Positions 51,520-63,101 of a stretch of 64,000 nt of DNA are shown piece after piece. The notes beneath the pieces were generated by a model, which had not been told where the DNA came from, made no database searches, and was given only the letters and a program-made list of their open reading frames with translations. This DNA is from an uncultured Actinomycetota bacterium (GTDB taxonomy: Bacteria; Actinomycetota; Actinomycetes; DATJPE01). Position numbers and translations under genes: made by a program. Position 1 is the stretch's first letter. Every line of letters begins with the position of its first letter. The stretch lies in the NCBI GenBank assembly GCA_963820065.1, contig CAWFYM010000013.1, positions 5,835 to 69,834 of the forward strand. The letters are read 5' to 3'.

Positions 51520-52128
51520 TTGCCGACGGTCCGGATGTCCTGGCCGATCCCTGCATGCGTGCGGCCCTTCGTTCGACGGTCGTCGCTTGGTGGCCGAGCC
51601 CAGCCACAGCGGCGAGGCGGGCAGGAAGAACGACGTCATCGAGCCGAAGTCACGCAGCGTGATCTTGAGAAGTGAGAGGGGCCGACTCGCGTGTTGGCCC
51701 CTCTTCTGCACACCTCCCTGTATGACGCGAGCGCAAATTCTGCATAGCGGCACCACGAAAGGGTGGTCATCCACAGCTTCGACTCCTACGGGTTCCTTGT
51801 CTGTGGGACGGGTGTAGGAAGGCTCTCGAGACGGGGAAGGCCTCGCCAGCAGGTGGGTGATTCGCGTTTCGGAGGCGGTGATCCCTCATGCGAGGTGGAC
51901 GCCGCTGGCCTTCGGGTACTGGCGGCAACAGTGGCACTCGCCGTCGTCTTGGCGGCGAGTGCTTGCGACAGCACCTCCACCTCGCAGCCCGACTCTTCGA
52001 ACAGCTCGTCGCCAAGCCCTACCGCTACCACCACGGCTGCCGATGTGAGCAGCGTTACGGTCAACCGGGGAGTCTGCTCGAGCCAGGATGTAGACCGAGG
52101 GGTCACTCGTCGAGTTCCGCGATGGGAA

Positions 52129-52497
52129 CTATCTCGCGATGAGGCAGAACGGGTGTCCCGCCGGGTCGACGTAGACACGAAACCGTCCTTCTGTCGATGG
52201 TTGGTGCTCGTGCACCCGAGCGCCCGCGCTTAGCACCGAGGGCTCAGCGGTGCCGATGTCATCGACGGACAGATCAAGGTGGAACTGCTGTGGATGCTCA
52301 CCGCCAGGCCAGGTCGGTTCCACCCAGTCTGTGATGGCATGGAACGCCAAGGTCGGACGGGCGTCGGTGTCGTTCCCGGAGGTGATGCTCTTCGGTGGCA
52401 CCAGTTTGGCCCAAATCGGGCTAGCGCCTTCGTCCAACTCCCAACCAAGCACCGCCGAGTAGAACCGCGCTAGGACCAACGCGTCCAGGGCAGTCAA
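52129..52497 (-). CDS. VOC/glyoxalase-family protein
   Basis: 122 aa; FYSAVLGWEL...RFRVYVDPAGHPFCL typical of the glyoxalase/bleomycin-resistance fold. Confidence 0.5.
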   Translation of the reverse strand: MTALDALVLARFYSAVLGWELDEGASPIWAKLVPPKSITSGNDTDARPTLAFHAITDWVEPTWPGGEHPQQFHLDLSVDDIGTAEPSVLSAGARVHEHQPSTEGRFRVYVDPAGHPFCLIAR

Positions 52498-52599
52498 GGA
52501 TGATCAGCTCCAGTTTCGGTCGCCTTAACGTCCCATCGTTCATGATCCCGAACGGTAGCGACCGCTACCAAACGCAGTAGCTGCCAGCCGACCCCAACG

Positions 52600-53140
52600 G
52601 GGCCTGAAACGGTTGATGATGGCCGCGATGCGACGGCTGGCACCCGAGCTGCTGGTCACCGCGAAGACCGAGCGGTTGAAGCCCGGGGAGTTCTGAGGCA
52701 CCCTCGTCGAGGGCGAGATCGCCTCCCGGTCGAGTCCAACCTCCGCACCTGGATGAGGCGGGGCCGCGTTCCCCGTCGCCAAGCGACTCGAGGACTTCGA
52801 CGACACCGCCTTCATCGATCCCAACCGCCACGCTCGAAACCTTTCCTCCTCGGAGGGGATCCGCGCCGGCGAGAACGTCTGCCTCATCAGGCCCGCCGGC
52901 ACCGGGAAGTCCCACAACCTCATCGCGCTGAGCATCGCTGGGGCCGACACCGGTGGACAGAGTTCCGATACTTCACCGCCGCGGACTATTCAAGGCCCAC
53001 TACCGCGGACTGGCGGACAGCCACTCCGTCGGGGACCTCATCGACACACTGTTGCGTAACGAACTCCTCATCGTCGCCGAGCTCGGGTTCGGAAACAGAT
53101 GCGATCTCACTGGGGCCGCTCGGTTTGCCGTACCTTGATC
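52600..53140 (+). mobile_element. IS21-family IstB (ATP-binding helper) gene remnant, multiply frameshifted, no istA
   Basis: Fragments across three frames: ...RLEDFDDTAFIDPNRHARNL...ENVCLIRPAGTGKSHNLIALSIAG (Walker A), RYFTAADY, DLIDTLLRNELLIVAELGF (DExx box). Confidence 0.5.
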
Positions 53141-53203
53141 TTTCCAAGGCGAACTCAACGATTGTCCTCTCAAGGGCATCAAGGTTCGTAGGCGGGAGTG
53201 TTG

Positions 53204-53695
53204 CTAGCCACTGGACGACGAGCCCGTAGAGCATCGCGTCGAACTCCGACGTGAAGGGTACCGCTCTGTCTTCAGGTTCGAGGCCCTCCACAGCTTGCTC
53301 CAGAAGGGCGAACCACGCAGGCGCGCCGTTTCGCGATCACTTCTCGCAGGCGGGAATCCTCGAATGGCTTCGCCATATGCGGCGATCCAAACTTGCCAAC
53401 TCTCAAAGGTCTCGGAGTCGTGCGGCATCATTGCCCTAACGAACGCTTGGAGACGTTCCGGACCCTGCGCGTGCGCCTTAACTGCCGCGGCCGCACGAAC
53501 CTGTGGAGCCGCTCTGAAACGAATGTCAAGGTGCTGGCCAACATTTCGGCGCGATTCGGGGTAGTAGTGGTTGAGCATGCCCGTACTCACGCCGGCCTGA
53601 TTTGCCACGGCGCGCATCGTCGTCCCGGCAAACCCGCGCTGAGCAATCACGCGTGCAGCACCGTTGCAGATCTGCCTCCGGCGCACGTCCCCCAT
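53204..53695 (-). CDS. TetR family transcriptional regulator (C-terminus possibly disrupted)
   Basis: HTH RQICNGAARVIAQRGFAGTTMRAVANQAGVSTGMLNHYY. The 3' part abuts or overlaps the IstB remnant, and an alternative C-terminal frame exists (52986..53291). Confidence 0.45.
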   Translation of the reverse strand: MGDVRRRQICNGAARVIAQRGFAGTTMRAVANQAGVSTGMLNHYYPESRRNVGQHLDIRFRAAPQVRAAAAVKAHAQGPERLQAFVRAMMPHDSETFESWQVWIAAYGEAIRGFPPARSDRETARLRGSPFWSKLWRASNLKTERYPSRRSSTRCSTGSSSSG

Positions 53696-54049
53696 CCCCA
53701 GCCTGGGCACCTTCTGATCATCTCCTTCGCGCTGGCGGTCGCCATGCCGACGCACTTCGAGTGCGTCAGCATCATGTCAGGGAGCGCCGAGCCCCCGCAA
53801 AGTCCGGCCGCCGCCGTGAGTCACCTGGGCGCGACGACGAGCTATAGGGTGATCTCGATCTTGCTGGAGTACTGACATCGTTGAGACGCCGCGCTTGCTG
53901 CGACAGCTTGCTTGGCCACCGAGTCAGATGTGTGGACGATTGCGATGATCAGGCCACGACCTCGGCCGTCCGTTGCTGCTCTGACTCGAGTGACCGACCA
54001 GTCCCGCCGGCCAACTCTGGGTTGTCGCGCCCAGGGTCTGATGGGAGGC

Positions 54050-55010
54050 TCTCATTTCACGGAAAGATGGGGAGTTCTGGCAACAGGGGAAGTACCCGGA
54101 GGGGCTTCGGGAGCGGGCGATCCGGTCCCCGGGCGAGGCGAGGCGTGATCCGGTGACGCGGATGGGGGCGTTCCGGCGGGTCTGTGAGCAGTTGGGTCAC
54201 CCCCGAGACGTTGCGTAACTCGATCCAGCAGCCGTAGATCGATGAGGGAGCCAGGGCGGGCACCGTGGGCGGTGATGCTGTGCGCATTGCGCAGTTGGAG
54301 CGGGACAACCGTGGAGCTGCGACGCGCGAACGCGATTTGAAGAGCGCTTCGGCCTTCTTCGCGGCGAGCTCGAACGCCGACAGCGGTGATCGTCGACTAC
54401 ATCGACGCCCACAAGGACACATTCGGGGTCGAGCCGATCTGCGCAGTGCTGCAGGTCGCCCCTAGCACCTACTACGCCCACCGGTCCCGGCCGCCGTCTG
54501 GCAGGTGGGTCAGCGACGCCGCAACGTCCGCGCGGATCGGCAACGTCCCCCTGTCAACTACTGGGTCTATCGGGCGCGGAAGGTCCCATCCGAGTTGAAC
54601 CGCTCGGGACATTCGGTGGCCCGTCACACGGTTGAGCGGTCGATGCGAACGGCTTGGCTGCGCTAGATCTCCCGGGCGAAGGGACCCCACACGACCGTTC
54701 CCGGGCTGGGTCCCGATCATCGCCTGGACCTCGTTGACCGCGACCGCAATAACCAGCTCTGGGTCACTGACATCACCGAGCACCCGACCCGAGAAGGGCA
54801 AGGTCTACTGCGCCGCGGTCCTGGACGCCTTCAGCCGCCGCGATCGTCGGCTGGTCCATCGACTCCCGACCAGGACACCACTCTGGTCATCAACGCCCTC
54901 GACATGGCCATCCGCAACCGACGCCGCGACCCCGGCGGCATCGTCCACGCCGATCACGGCGTCCACGGCGTCCACGGCGGATTCAATCAATCGTCCCAAC
55001 ACCTCGTGAT
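54050..55010 (+). mobile_element. IS3-family insertion sequence remnant (orfA/orfB, multiple frameshifts)
   Basis: OrfA-like KYPEGLRERAI..., ...TPETLRNSIQQP, AQLERDNR...LKSASAFFAA. OrfB-like IVDYIDAHKDTFGVEPICAVLQVAPSTYYAHRSRPPS, NQLWVTDITEHPTREGKVYCAAVLDAFSRR. Pieces are spread over all three frames. Confidence 0.6.
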
Positions 55011-55058
55011 CATGGAGGTGTTCGATGGTTCGTCGTCAACAGGGCGGCAGATCGGGCA

Positions 55059-55400
55059 GTGCGTGAACCCGTGAGGTCGCCGGGGGTGCCGCCGCATCAG
55101 CGCGAGACGCAGCGCTTGTTCTGGATCGAGATCACCAACGGTTCAATTCCCGCGCAGGCGGCGATCGCGGTCGGCGGGCGGCAGGTCGGGCAGCGGTGGT
55201 TCCACAATGCGGGCAGCACGCCACCGTTCGATCTGGAGCCGTTGTCGGGCCGCTACTTGTTGTTTCCTGAGCGTGAGGAGATCGCCCTGCGCACGGCGCA
55301 TGGCGCATGGAGTCTGCGAGATCGCTCGCGCTATCGGTCGTCATCCATCGACGATCTCGTGGGAGGTGCGACGCATCAGTTCTTGCCCGTCAAGTCTGAA
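55059..55400 (+). mobile_element. IS30-family transposase 5' fragment (truncated, frameshifted)
   Basis: QRLFWIEITNGSIPAQAAIAVGGRQVGQRWF...GRYLLFPEREEIAL then, in the next frame, CEIARAIGRHPSTISWEVRR (IS30 N-terminal HTH consensus). No catalytic DDE region follows. Confidence 0.55.
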
Positions 55401-56592
55401 AGCATCGTGGCCATTCGTTGGATTGCTGCCTCACGGCCGTACGCTCTTGCACGACCAGACAGAGACAACGCTAACGCTGCTCGCTGAACCGGATCATGGA
55501 CCAAGCGGCGAATAGTATCGACGCCCGTGCCAGCATCACTCCAAGGGGTCACTACCCCCAAGTCGTAGTCGGACACTTCAACCGCTAGAGGGCTCCGGGC
55601 TCCAGACACGGCAAGAATAGGTGTACCAGCACAAATGGCCGGAATAAGTTTACTCGGAATGAACGATGAACCTGCGTCCTCGACCTCCGTAATTACGAAG
55701 ACTTCTGCGAGGAGCAGCTCCTGGACGAAGCGATCCTCGGGCAAGAAGTCCTCGAAAGAGAAGCGGCCATCGCACGATCTAGCGATCCAGTCTCGGACTG
55801 CGCCAGCTTCAGAACCAGCGCCGAAGATTGACAGCTGAAACGCCAGCGAGGTGTCTGAGGCGATGCGTTCACAGAATTCGATGAGGTTCTGGCTTTCGCC
55901 GAATATTCCCGGCATATAGCATCCTGAGAGTCCCAGGGACCGGAACCGCTGATCGAAAATCGCCTCGCATGTGTGCGAATTTTTCAATCGAAACTTCCAT
56001 GGATCTGTGTAGGAAGTTGGGGGAAGTATTCGACTGGGACAGATATCGTCGAACGATATTCTGTACCTGGTCGACCATGCCCGGCGCGATTGTGCATGTC
56101 TGGTTAGCCCGTTCAAAGAGAAATCTCTGAACGCACTTAGCAAGCCGGGAGCGTATGCCACCAGATAGAATATTACCTGCCGATGCAGCCTCTGCCGGGA
56201 TATCCTGCACATTGAGCAGAATTCGCTCGCCTCGCACGGCCTTTCGAACCGCTGCGATACCCAAGACACGAGATCAACGGGCAGTAGGCGATCACCACGT
56301 CGAACTGTCCTAGAGAGACAATGCCCCGGCATAGGCTAAGAAAGAATGAGATCTCTTGTACGACTCGTTGTTGTACCTTGGCAGGCGACGAAGGAATATA
56401 CATTCCATGACGGTTGATAATAAGAGCACCATTTTGTTCCACGTCGATGCGAATGCCGTTCCGACCGGACTTGTCACGCCATTCGGGGTAATATGGATAG
56501 GCCGTTTGTACGACAACGTCACTTCCGGTATCGACCAACCCGAGCGCTAGGTCGGTAATGACTGAAGCCCCGCCGCCGCGTACCAGGATCAA
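55376..56592 (-). pseudogene. GT4 glycosyltransferase (WcaI-like; PYYPEW motif) in three frame pieces
   Basis: N-terminal 56173..56592 (GGASVITDLALGLV...QTAYPYYPEW), middle 55869..56264, C-terminal 55376..~55900 (EDAGSSFIPSKLIPAICAGTPILAV) in different frames. Confidence 0.55.
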
Positions 56593-56699
56593 AGAGGTTC
56601 GTGACGATCAGTATTCGCATCGGCCAGAACCATAGCCGCCGATTGTCGGGCCGGGCCCGGGGGCGATGAAGCTCACTCTGGCACCAACCAGCGGCGGCG

Positions 56700-57965
56700 C
56701 GGAGACGGCGCCAAGAACATTCGTGGGCGGGGCTCAGGAAAGGTTACGACCATACATCATGGAAGCACGTCGCGGTCGATGTTTCGCATGTCGCAGCCGC
56801 AGTGGCCATTGCATGCCCTTCTCGGCATGCGCGCCGATGTCGCCTTATCTCAAGAGTGCCCGTCGGTCGAGTGGGCCTATGTAGGGTATGGCTTCGATGA
56901 AGGCCGCGTTCGAGGGACGACTTGTCTTGCTCTAGGTCTCGATGCCGATGGTAACGGCGGCATTCAGACATTTCTTGGTTGCTTACGTGAAGCTCTAGAG
57001 GCTCTAGCGAAGGAGACGCGGTGACCCGCCAGGGCAGATGCTTGCTGCGTAGTCAATTCACCCGCAATGCTCGATTCTGTCTGATCATCAGCGCCATAAA
57101 GTCGGTCCTCCGCTGTCCGCCTGACACTCTCATAGTTGCGCACAGAAATCTCCTTCCCTTAGCGTATGTGCTTCGGCGACTTCGTCCTTCGATTGGCGTT
57201 TGTCTGTTCCTCTATGGACGCGAGGTCGAACCGATGTTCTCGCTTCCGGCAAGGTGGTTCCTTCTGGAAGAGAGCGCCGTCTGGTGTGTCGCCATTTTCC
57301 GAGTCCACTAAACGAGTTGCATGCGCTGCCGGCGTGCCGCAACACCGAATAGCGGTCATTCCTCTAACCATTCCACCCTCTCAAATTTCAGAAGCGCCCG
57401 ATATCTTGCTCGCGGCGAAGCCCCGGCCGGGTCTGGCTGTGGTTACGGTGGCGCGACTTGAGTCGGGCAGCGAACGTCAAGAATGTCGATCTTCTGATCG
57501 AAGCAATCGCAAGCCCTGAACTTGATGGGCGACGTATTACTCTGGACATTGTTGGAGACGGAGACCGGCGGGACGAGTTGGAGAAGCTCGCGCACGCCCG
57601 AGGCGTGGGCGACCGAGTTTCTTTCAATGGTTCGGTATCCGACGTGGAGCGCGAGCAGTACCTACCTCGCTTCCGACCTATTTTGCCTTCTGTCGGAACA
57701 GGAGGGCTTTGGGTTGGTGGTGCTCGAGGGATGGCAGCACGGCCTCCGGGTGCTGGTCGCAGACCGACCCGCTCTGAACGAAGTCGTGGAGTCGGGCCGT
57801 AACGGACTCGCTGGAGAGCCACGTGTCAGCGATGTATCGACTGCGTTGGCATGGTTCCACGACAATCCCGATGAGCGGCTCTCAATGGCCCGAATGGGCT
57901 TGCCGCGCTGGGCAGTCAATTTTCTGGATCGATCTTCCAGGAAGCCGTTCGGCGTGAAGTGCTAA
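56700..57965 (+). pseudogene. GT1/GT4 glycosyltransferase with at least 2 frameshifts
   Basis: Pieces: ...AVIPLTIPPSQ...LAVVTVARLES / NVDLLIEAIASPELDGRRITLDIVGDGDRRDELEKLAHARGVGDRVSFNGSVSDVEREQYL / YLASDLFCLLSEQEGFGLVVLEGWQHGLRVLVADRP...RMGLPRWAVNF. The frames switch near 57480 and 57665. Confidence 0.55.
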
Positions 57966-59157
57966 CCGCTCCGAATCCAGCGCTCGTAGATCTCGTGCGG
58001 GTGATTCCGTCCTACACCTCTACGTATGGAGGCCCGGCGGTCGCCCTTCAAGCGATCACATATGAGCTAAATGAACAGGATATTCGCACTGCGATCATTT
58101 CCGCACTGATTCACCTCGGGCAACAGTTGCTTGGAGTTCCCGAGGGCTCCATCAAGATTGCCATAGGGCCCGGCGTCGCGAGTTTGGACCTGGAGCCCAC
58201 TCGCCGTAAGACTTGGCTTGTCCCTCAGGTCCCCGAGCGTTGTTGTTCACGGGATTTGGGGGAGCCAGGTGGCCGACGGAGTGAGGCTCGCGGCTGGGAA
58301 ATTGGCGCCGACTGCTTTGTGTACGCGCATGGAATGCTGGACCAGCACTTCCTTGAGAGGGATCGCCGGAGCCGCCTAGTCAAACAGCTGGTCTATCGCC
58401 TTTCGACTCGGCGGAATCTCGAGCGAGCGACGGCAATTCTGTGGACCTCTGAGCAGGAAGCAGCGGCGTAGCACCGGCTACCCTGGACTTTCAATTCTGC
58501 CGTCGTTTGTAATCCAATATGGCGCAGCACCGATCGGTCAGCCGAAGAACTCCGCAAGTCACGAGACGCCGAGGAACGGGCTAACCCCGTAAATACATAC
58601 TCTTCCTCGGTCGAGTGGTCGAAAAGAAGCGTCCCGCCGAATTGCTGATCGCCTTCGCGCTGATTGCCCGCGAGACTCGAGTGCGCCCTTGTCTTCGCAG
58701 GATCCGTCGATTCTTCTACGCGGGCGGTCATCGAACGGCTTGCCCGGAACTATGGTCTTGAGGACCGCGGTCGTGTGGGCCGGCCATGTAGACGGAAAGC
58801 AAAAGGACGAACTGTTTCAGAATGCGGCGGTGTTCTGTCTCCCGTCATCGCAGGAAAGCTTCGGAGTCCGCGGTTGCCGAGGCGCTTTCGACGGGATGTC
58901 CGGTTGTGCTCTCGGCGGATGTCGCGCTCGCTCCGTTGGTGGCGGACTACGGGGCCGGGGAAGTCGTGGATGGGCGGGATCCCGAATCCGTCGCTCGCGG
59001 GCTCTTTCGACGGGTGTTACGCGAAGGTCGTGCCAACTACGCCGACCTTGCCAGGAACATGTACGAAAACGAGTGCTCTCTGAGCGCTGCTGCCGAGTCG
59101 CTACTGGAGGCGGTCGGCCTCAGTGTCTCGACCAAGGAGCGTAGCGCCAAAGGCTGA
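57959..59157 (+). pseudogene. GT4 glycosyltransferase with frameshifts
   Basis: N-terminal VIPSYTSTYGGPAVALQAITYELNEQDIRTAII (57959..58471). C-terminal pieces DELFQNAAVFCLPSSQESFGV and VAEALSTGCPVVLSADVALAPLVADYGAGEVV... lie in other frames (58689..59157). Confidence 0.5.
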
Positions 59158-59319
59158 GTCCTACGTCTCGTGGCCCAGCAACCGGCTCGTCTCGCACAGC
59201 GTGACCTCGATGCGGTGCGGATGGACTGGATTGGTCGCGCTCCCGAACGGGATCTCAGGGCTGGCTCGGCGAACTGTCGCCCCGGGCACCGGAAGGCACC
59301 ACGTGATGCTCGTCATCGC

Positions 59320-60791
59320 TCAGGTGGAGGCGCTCAACATCGGGCTAAGCACTTGTTTGACGCAGGACTGGATCGCCCCTAGCGGCATGAGTAGGCGGTG
59401 TCCGCGTGGACGCAGGTTCTTCATCGTTCCCGTCGCCCGGCATGCGCATGCGCATGCATTGTGACACGGCCGCCCAACTCGCGGAGGCTCGAGTGCATCG
59501 TTCCGGGAAGCGCAGCCTGGAACGCTCTGGACCCATCTACGGTCAACAGTGCAGCCAGTCCCACCGATCCTGACCCGACCTATACTCACTGTCGACGGCG
59601 CGCGTGTGAATCCTGCGTAGAAATAGAGCGCACATAGCGAAAGGAGTGCACATCCTGCGTGAGCGATCGGCCACCATCGCTCTGGATTCGTTCCGAGAAA
59701 TGCGATTAAGGGAACCAAGAGGAAGAACAATGCGATCAAACGGAAACCGATAAGGCGCCGCGTTCCGGTATGTCTTCAGTTCGGCCACCAGTGGCACGTG
59801 ACCGATATACGCAATCTGCCATATCGACGCCCCGAGGAAAAGGAATGAAATACCACCGGGTATCCGCGGCAGAGCGCTGTGCGCCAAAGGGAGCAGCGGA
59901 ACCATTACAACATACCAGGCAGCTCCTGCGCTCATGGCTACCGCTATCGACGCTTTCGACCGAACAGCACGAGCCAGACTTGAGAGTCAGAATCGTGAGC
60001 ACGGGACCGAGAAAAATCAATGGGCCGGCCAACACCAACGTGGCTCGAGAAGTTGCGAAGCCTTGAACGGAGAGCGCGTAGGCCAAGATTGCAAGGTGAA
60101 TATAGCCAATCGACTGCGCTACGACGGCATCGACAACAAGCGGCCCGGCGGTAGGGTGGATCCATACTTTGTCATGTTCGATAAAGGTTGCTGCCAACGC
60201 AGCATCTCTGCACCCACAGCTTGGCGCTCTCGCCTTATGATGGCCCGACACCAAAATGACCAGTTCGACAGCTACGACGAAGAGCAGCCAACCCAGAATC
60301 AGACCAACTGAACTCGACTTTGTGATGGCGAAGGCCAGGATAGTTGTCGGCCCAAGAAGGAGGAGCCACAAGCAGTCGAGTGCTAAAGCTGAGCGTGGCC
60401 GTGCGGCAAGGAGCGCATACCGCCTCACCTCAAACCGACACAGAGCAGGAACTAGTAAGGCAACGCCGACCACCGTAGCTGGGCCGAACGTGCACAGCAC
60501 CACGCCTACCAATCCAGATATGGCGACCCCCAACTGTAAGCGGCTTGTAGACATGACGGGCGAACGGTTGGCCAGTTGATACTCTGCAAGGGAAGAACGA
60601 GCAACTGATTGAACGACTAGTATGGAACCCCAGGCAAGAGTGAAATTTCTGAACTGGGATGCACTGAGCGAGAGTGCAATAATCTGTGGTAAGAGATTAG
60701 TAATCGACGAAACCGCTTGATCCAAAAATGTGGTAGGGGCAGACGCTGTATTGGAAATTCTGCCCCGCCTACCGCTAGCTATCAGTGCCAT
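59320..60791 (-). pseudogene. Wzx-like polysaccharide flippase (polytopic membrane protein) in three frame pieces
   Basis: Hydrophobic multi-helix ORFs 59736..60791, 59543..59935 and 59320..59739 are contiguous on one strand in different frames. The N-terminus resembles MOP/Wzx flippases. Confidence 0.4.
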
Positions 60792-62410
60792 TCGGTCTCC
60801 TTGGCCGCTGAAGCTTCGCCTCTCCGTTTAGTTGATAAAGCGGCGAGCTGCGACCACGACAATGCAGCGGAGCTGTGAATTGTTGGGCCAACTTAAGCAG
60901 TCGAAGCAGGGAACGGCGAGTCTCGTTGGCAGGGGCCAAGCGGTATGGCGAGACTGCGTCGCGACCACTTCGGACCCCGCATTTAGCCACAGCATCCGTC
61001 GACGGTAGACGTTCATCTTTACCCAGTGTGTTCGACGTGAGGACCACGTGGCGATTTTTCGACGCCTTGCGAACGAGATGTGATGACCGGGGACCTTGGG
61101 GAGACGGACCAGTGGGCAGAACTGCGCCTATGGCAAACACCAAGGCGCTCGTGAGAAGCATGCCTCTGAAGCGCTGACGCGAGGCCAGCCGACAAAATCG
61201 TGGCTCCACTGCGAGCGATAGTCCATCCCCAGAGGGAGAATAGTCCAACTACAATTGGAGAACCTGTCCGTCGGCTGAAAGCGCGGTCGAGGGCACTGAA
61301 TAGAAAGCCTAGGCAGGCACTTCCTGCAACAACTAGTGGAACGCCACCGTTGGCGTACAGTTCAAGTGGATGGCCGACCACCACGCTGGTAAACGAGTCG
61401 GAAGGACCTACCAACCCGACGTGGCGCCCGAATATGTGTCCGAACAGACCAGGATCGGGCTTCGAAGTATCCCAGGAATCGCGGCACCGGTGTATAGACG
61501 ATCCAGGCGAGTGTCTCACCGGCATCCGCTGGCCAGCCCTCGCCTCCCCGTTCCAGACTTTTACCTACGGACACAGTGTCAGACAATCTTCCCAGCACAC
61601 TTTCGAGGCCAGCGCCAAGAAGCTCGTCTTGCCAGTGAGTGAAGGTCTGGATTGTGGTCGAGGCGAGATGCTGGATTGGTTTTCTCGATAAGTCTGTGTG
61701 TTGGTCTCCACGATATGAGCTGATCAATGGAAATACCACGAACGTCGAGACGATTGCGACGAGCGCGATCGCCCTACGTGGAACTTTGCCGCCCGTCACG
61801 ACCGTCGAGATCAGCAGAACAATGAAGGGCAGAAGAACGTTCTCGCGAAGTCTTCCGCTCGGTAGTGCGATAGCGATTTCAAATACAAACAGTGCCACAA
61901 CAAGGTTACTTCCACGCCGAGAGGGTTGCCTGACTTGCGTACTCGCTACCGCTGCCCAATACGATCAAAGGAAGAAGGGAGAAGAGTCGACAGAACCCAG
62001 CCACTGTTTGACGAAACGAGGCTCTCTGAGCGATGGAAGAATGACCCCCTGGCGATTTCCACTAAGCGGGCAATCGTCCCTATTAGGAAGAGAAATGCTG
62101 CAAGTTCTGGCCGCAGAGGTTTCCAACGTTGGACCGGGCCTAGTCGTCTCGACTTCCGACTCTGGGTTCGGTCGAAAAGCCACGAACCGAAAAATCTTCC
62201 AGAGACATGGAGCGCTCCGAGAGCTATGGCTGCGGCCAGAATGTGTTCGTCGAGTTGGTAGCGAGAATCGGACGGAGGCGTGATTCCGAAGTAGAGACCG
62301 CCGAGTCCGTAGGCGACGCCGAAATATCGTGCGGACATACCAATTATACTCGCACCGCCGAGATTCGCCTCCGCCCCAAATGAGCGGACCCGGCGCTGCT
62401 CCAGGTCCAT
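60775..62410 (-). pseudogene. Wzy-like O-antigen/EPS polymerase (membrane protein) in about four frame pieces
   Basis: Consecutive hydrophobic ORFs 61946..62410, 61362..61898, 61019..61525 and 60775..61248 on the minus strand. Assignment rests on context and topology only. Confidence 0.3.
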
Positions 62411-62516
62411 GTACTCACCGATATTACGAGCGTCGCGCTCAATACGAGCAGGGTCATGGCGTGAGAGATTTGCTTGTTGGGTGGTGGCGATTCCGTTGAA
62501 AGGACAACCTGATGAC

Positions 62517-63101
62517 CTAGCGCTCTTCGTAATGTGTGTAATCGTGCCCTGGTCGGGGCGACGCGGCCGTGGAGGGTGCTAGGACTCTTGAAGCGCTCGG
62601 GACTGAACGATGAACAAGTGCCGTCGCCCCGATGAGCGTGTCTGAGCCAATAGTGACGCCACGGAGAATTGTTGCGCGTGCACCAAGCCAAGTTCGATCG
62701 CCAATTCGTACTGGAGCGTTGTCATACTCGAAGGAATGCGAGTCAAATTGATGACTTCCAGTACAGATCAGTACATCCTGAGAAATGCACGTGTTCGACC
62801 CAATTTCGACCGTCTCTAGATTGAGTATCCACGCTCCTTCTCCTATCCAACTGTCGTGTCCGACTTCGAGTTTCCACGGCCAGTGAATAGCCGCACCCGA
62901 TGGCGGATCTGAACACCTAAGACCGATTTGGGCCCCGAACTTGCGCAATATCCACAGCCGGAGGCGATTGGGTACGAACCACGGTTGTACAAGAACGGGC
63001 TGGATCAGAAGCCATGATGCCTGTACCCATACAGAACGGCCCTTCTCGTAGCCGCCTTTCCCGAAGGTGCTGAGGACCATCCGTGCAGAGTCGAGACCCA
63101 T
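62517..63101 (-). CDS. wcaF: WcaF-like colanic-acid/EPS O-acetyltransferase (left-handed beta-helix hexapeptide family)
   Basis: Start ATG 63101 (MGLDSARMVL...). LRLWILRKFGAQIG...HWPWKLEVGHDSWIGEGAWILNLETVEIGSNTCISQDVLICTGSHQFDS...APVRIGDRTWLGARATILRGVTIGSDTLIGATALV aligns with E. coli WcaF as recalled. The listed 430-aa ORF is an upstream over-extension. Confidence 0.7.
   Translation of the reverse strand: MGLDSARMVLSTFGKGGYEKGRSVWVQASWLLIQPVLVQPWFVPNRLRLWILRKFGAQIGLRCSDPPSGAAIHWPWKLEVGHDSWIGEGAWILNLETVEIGSNTCISQDVLICTGSHQFDSHSFEYDNAPVRIGDRTWLGARATILRGVTIGSDTLIGATALVHRSVPSASRVLAPSTAASPRPGHDYTHYEER

Noticed and set aside
51888-52233. Possible small Ser/Thr-rich lipoprotein (signal LAATVALAVVLAASAC) in frame of ORF 51763..52233
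   Set aside because: There is no start codon with acceptable RBS spacing (GGAGG is 19 nt from GTG 51895), and the competing frame is also open. It lies in a heavily degraded region, so it is not called.
52986-53291. Minus-strand ORF with TetR-C-terminus-like character overlapping the plus-strand IstB fragment
   Set aside because: It is the antisense translation of the IstB DExx-box region (ELLIVAELGF). The IstB motif is the stronger signature, so this ORF is treated as a coincidental antisense frame or at best a disrupted TetR tail.
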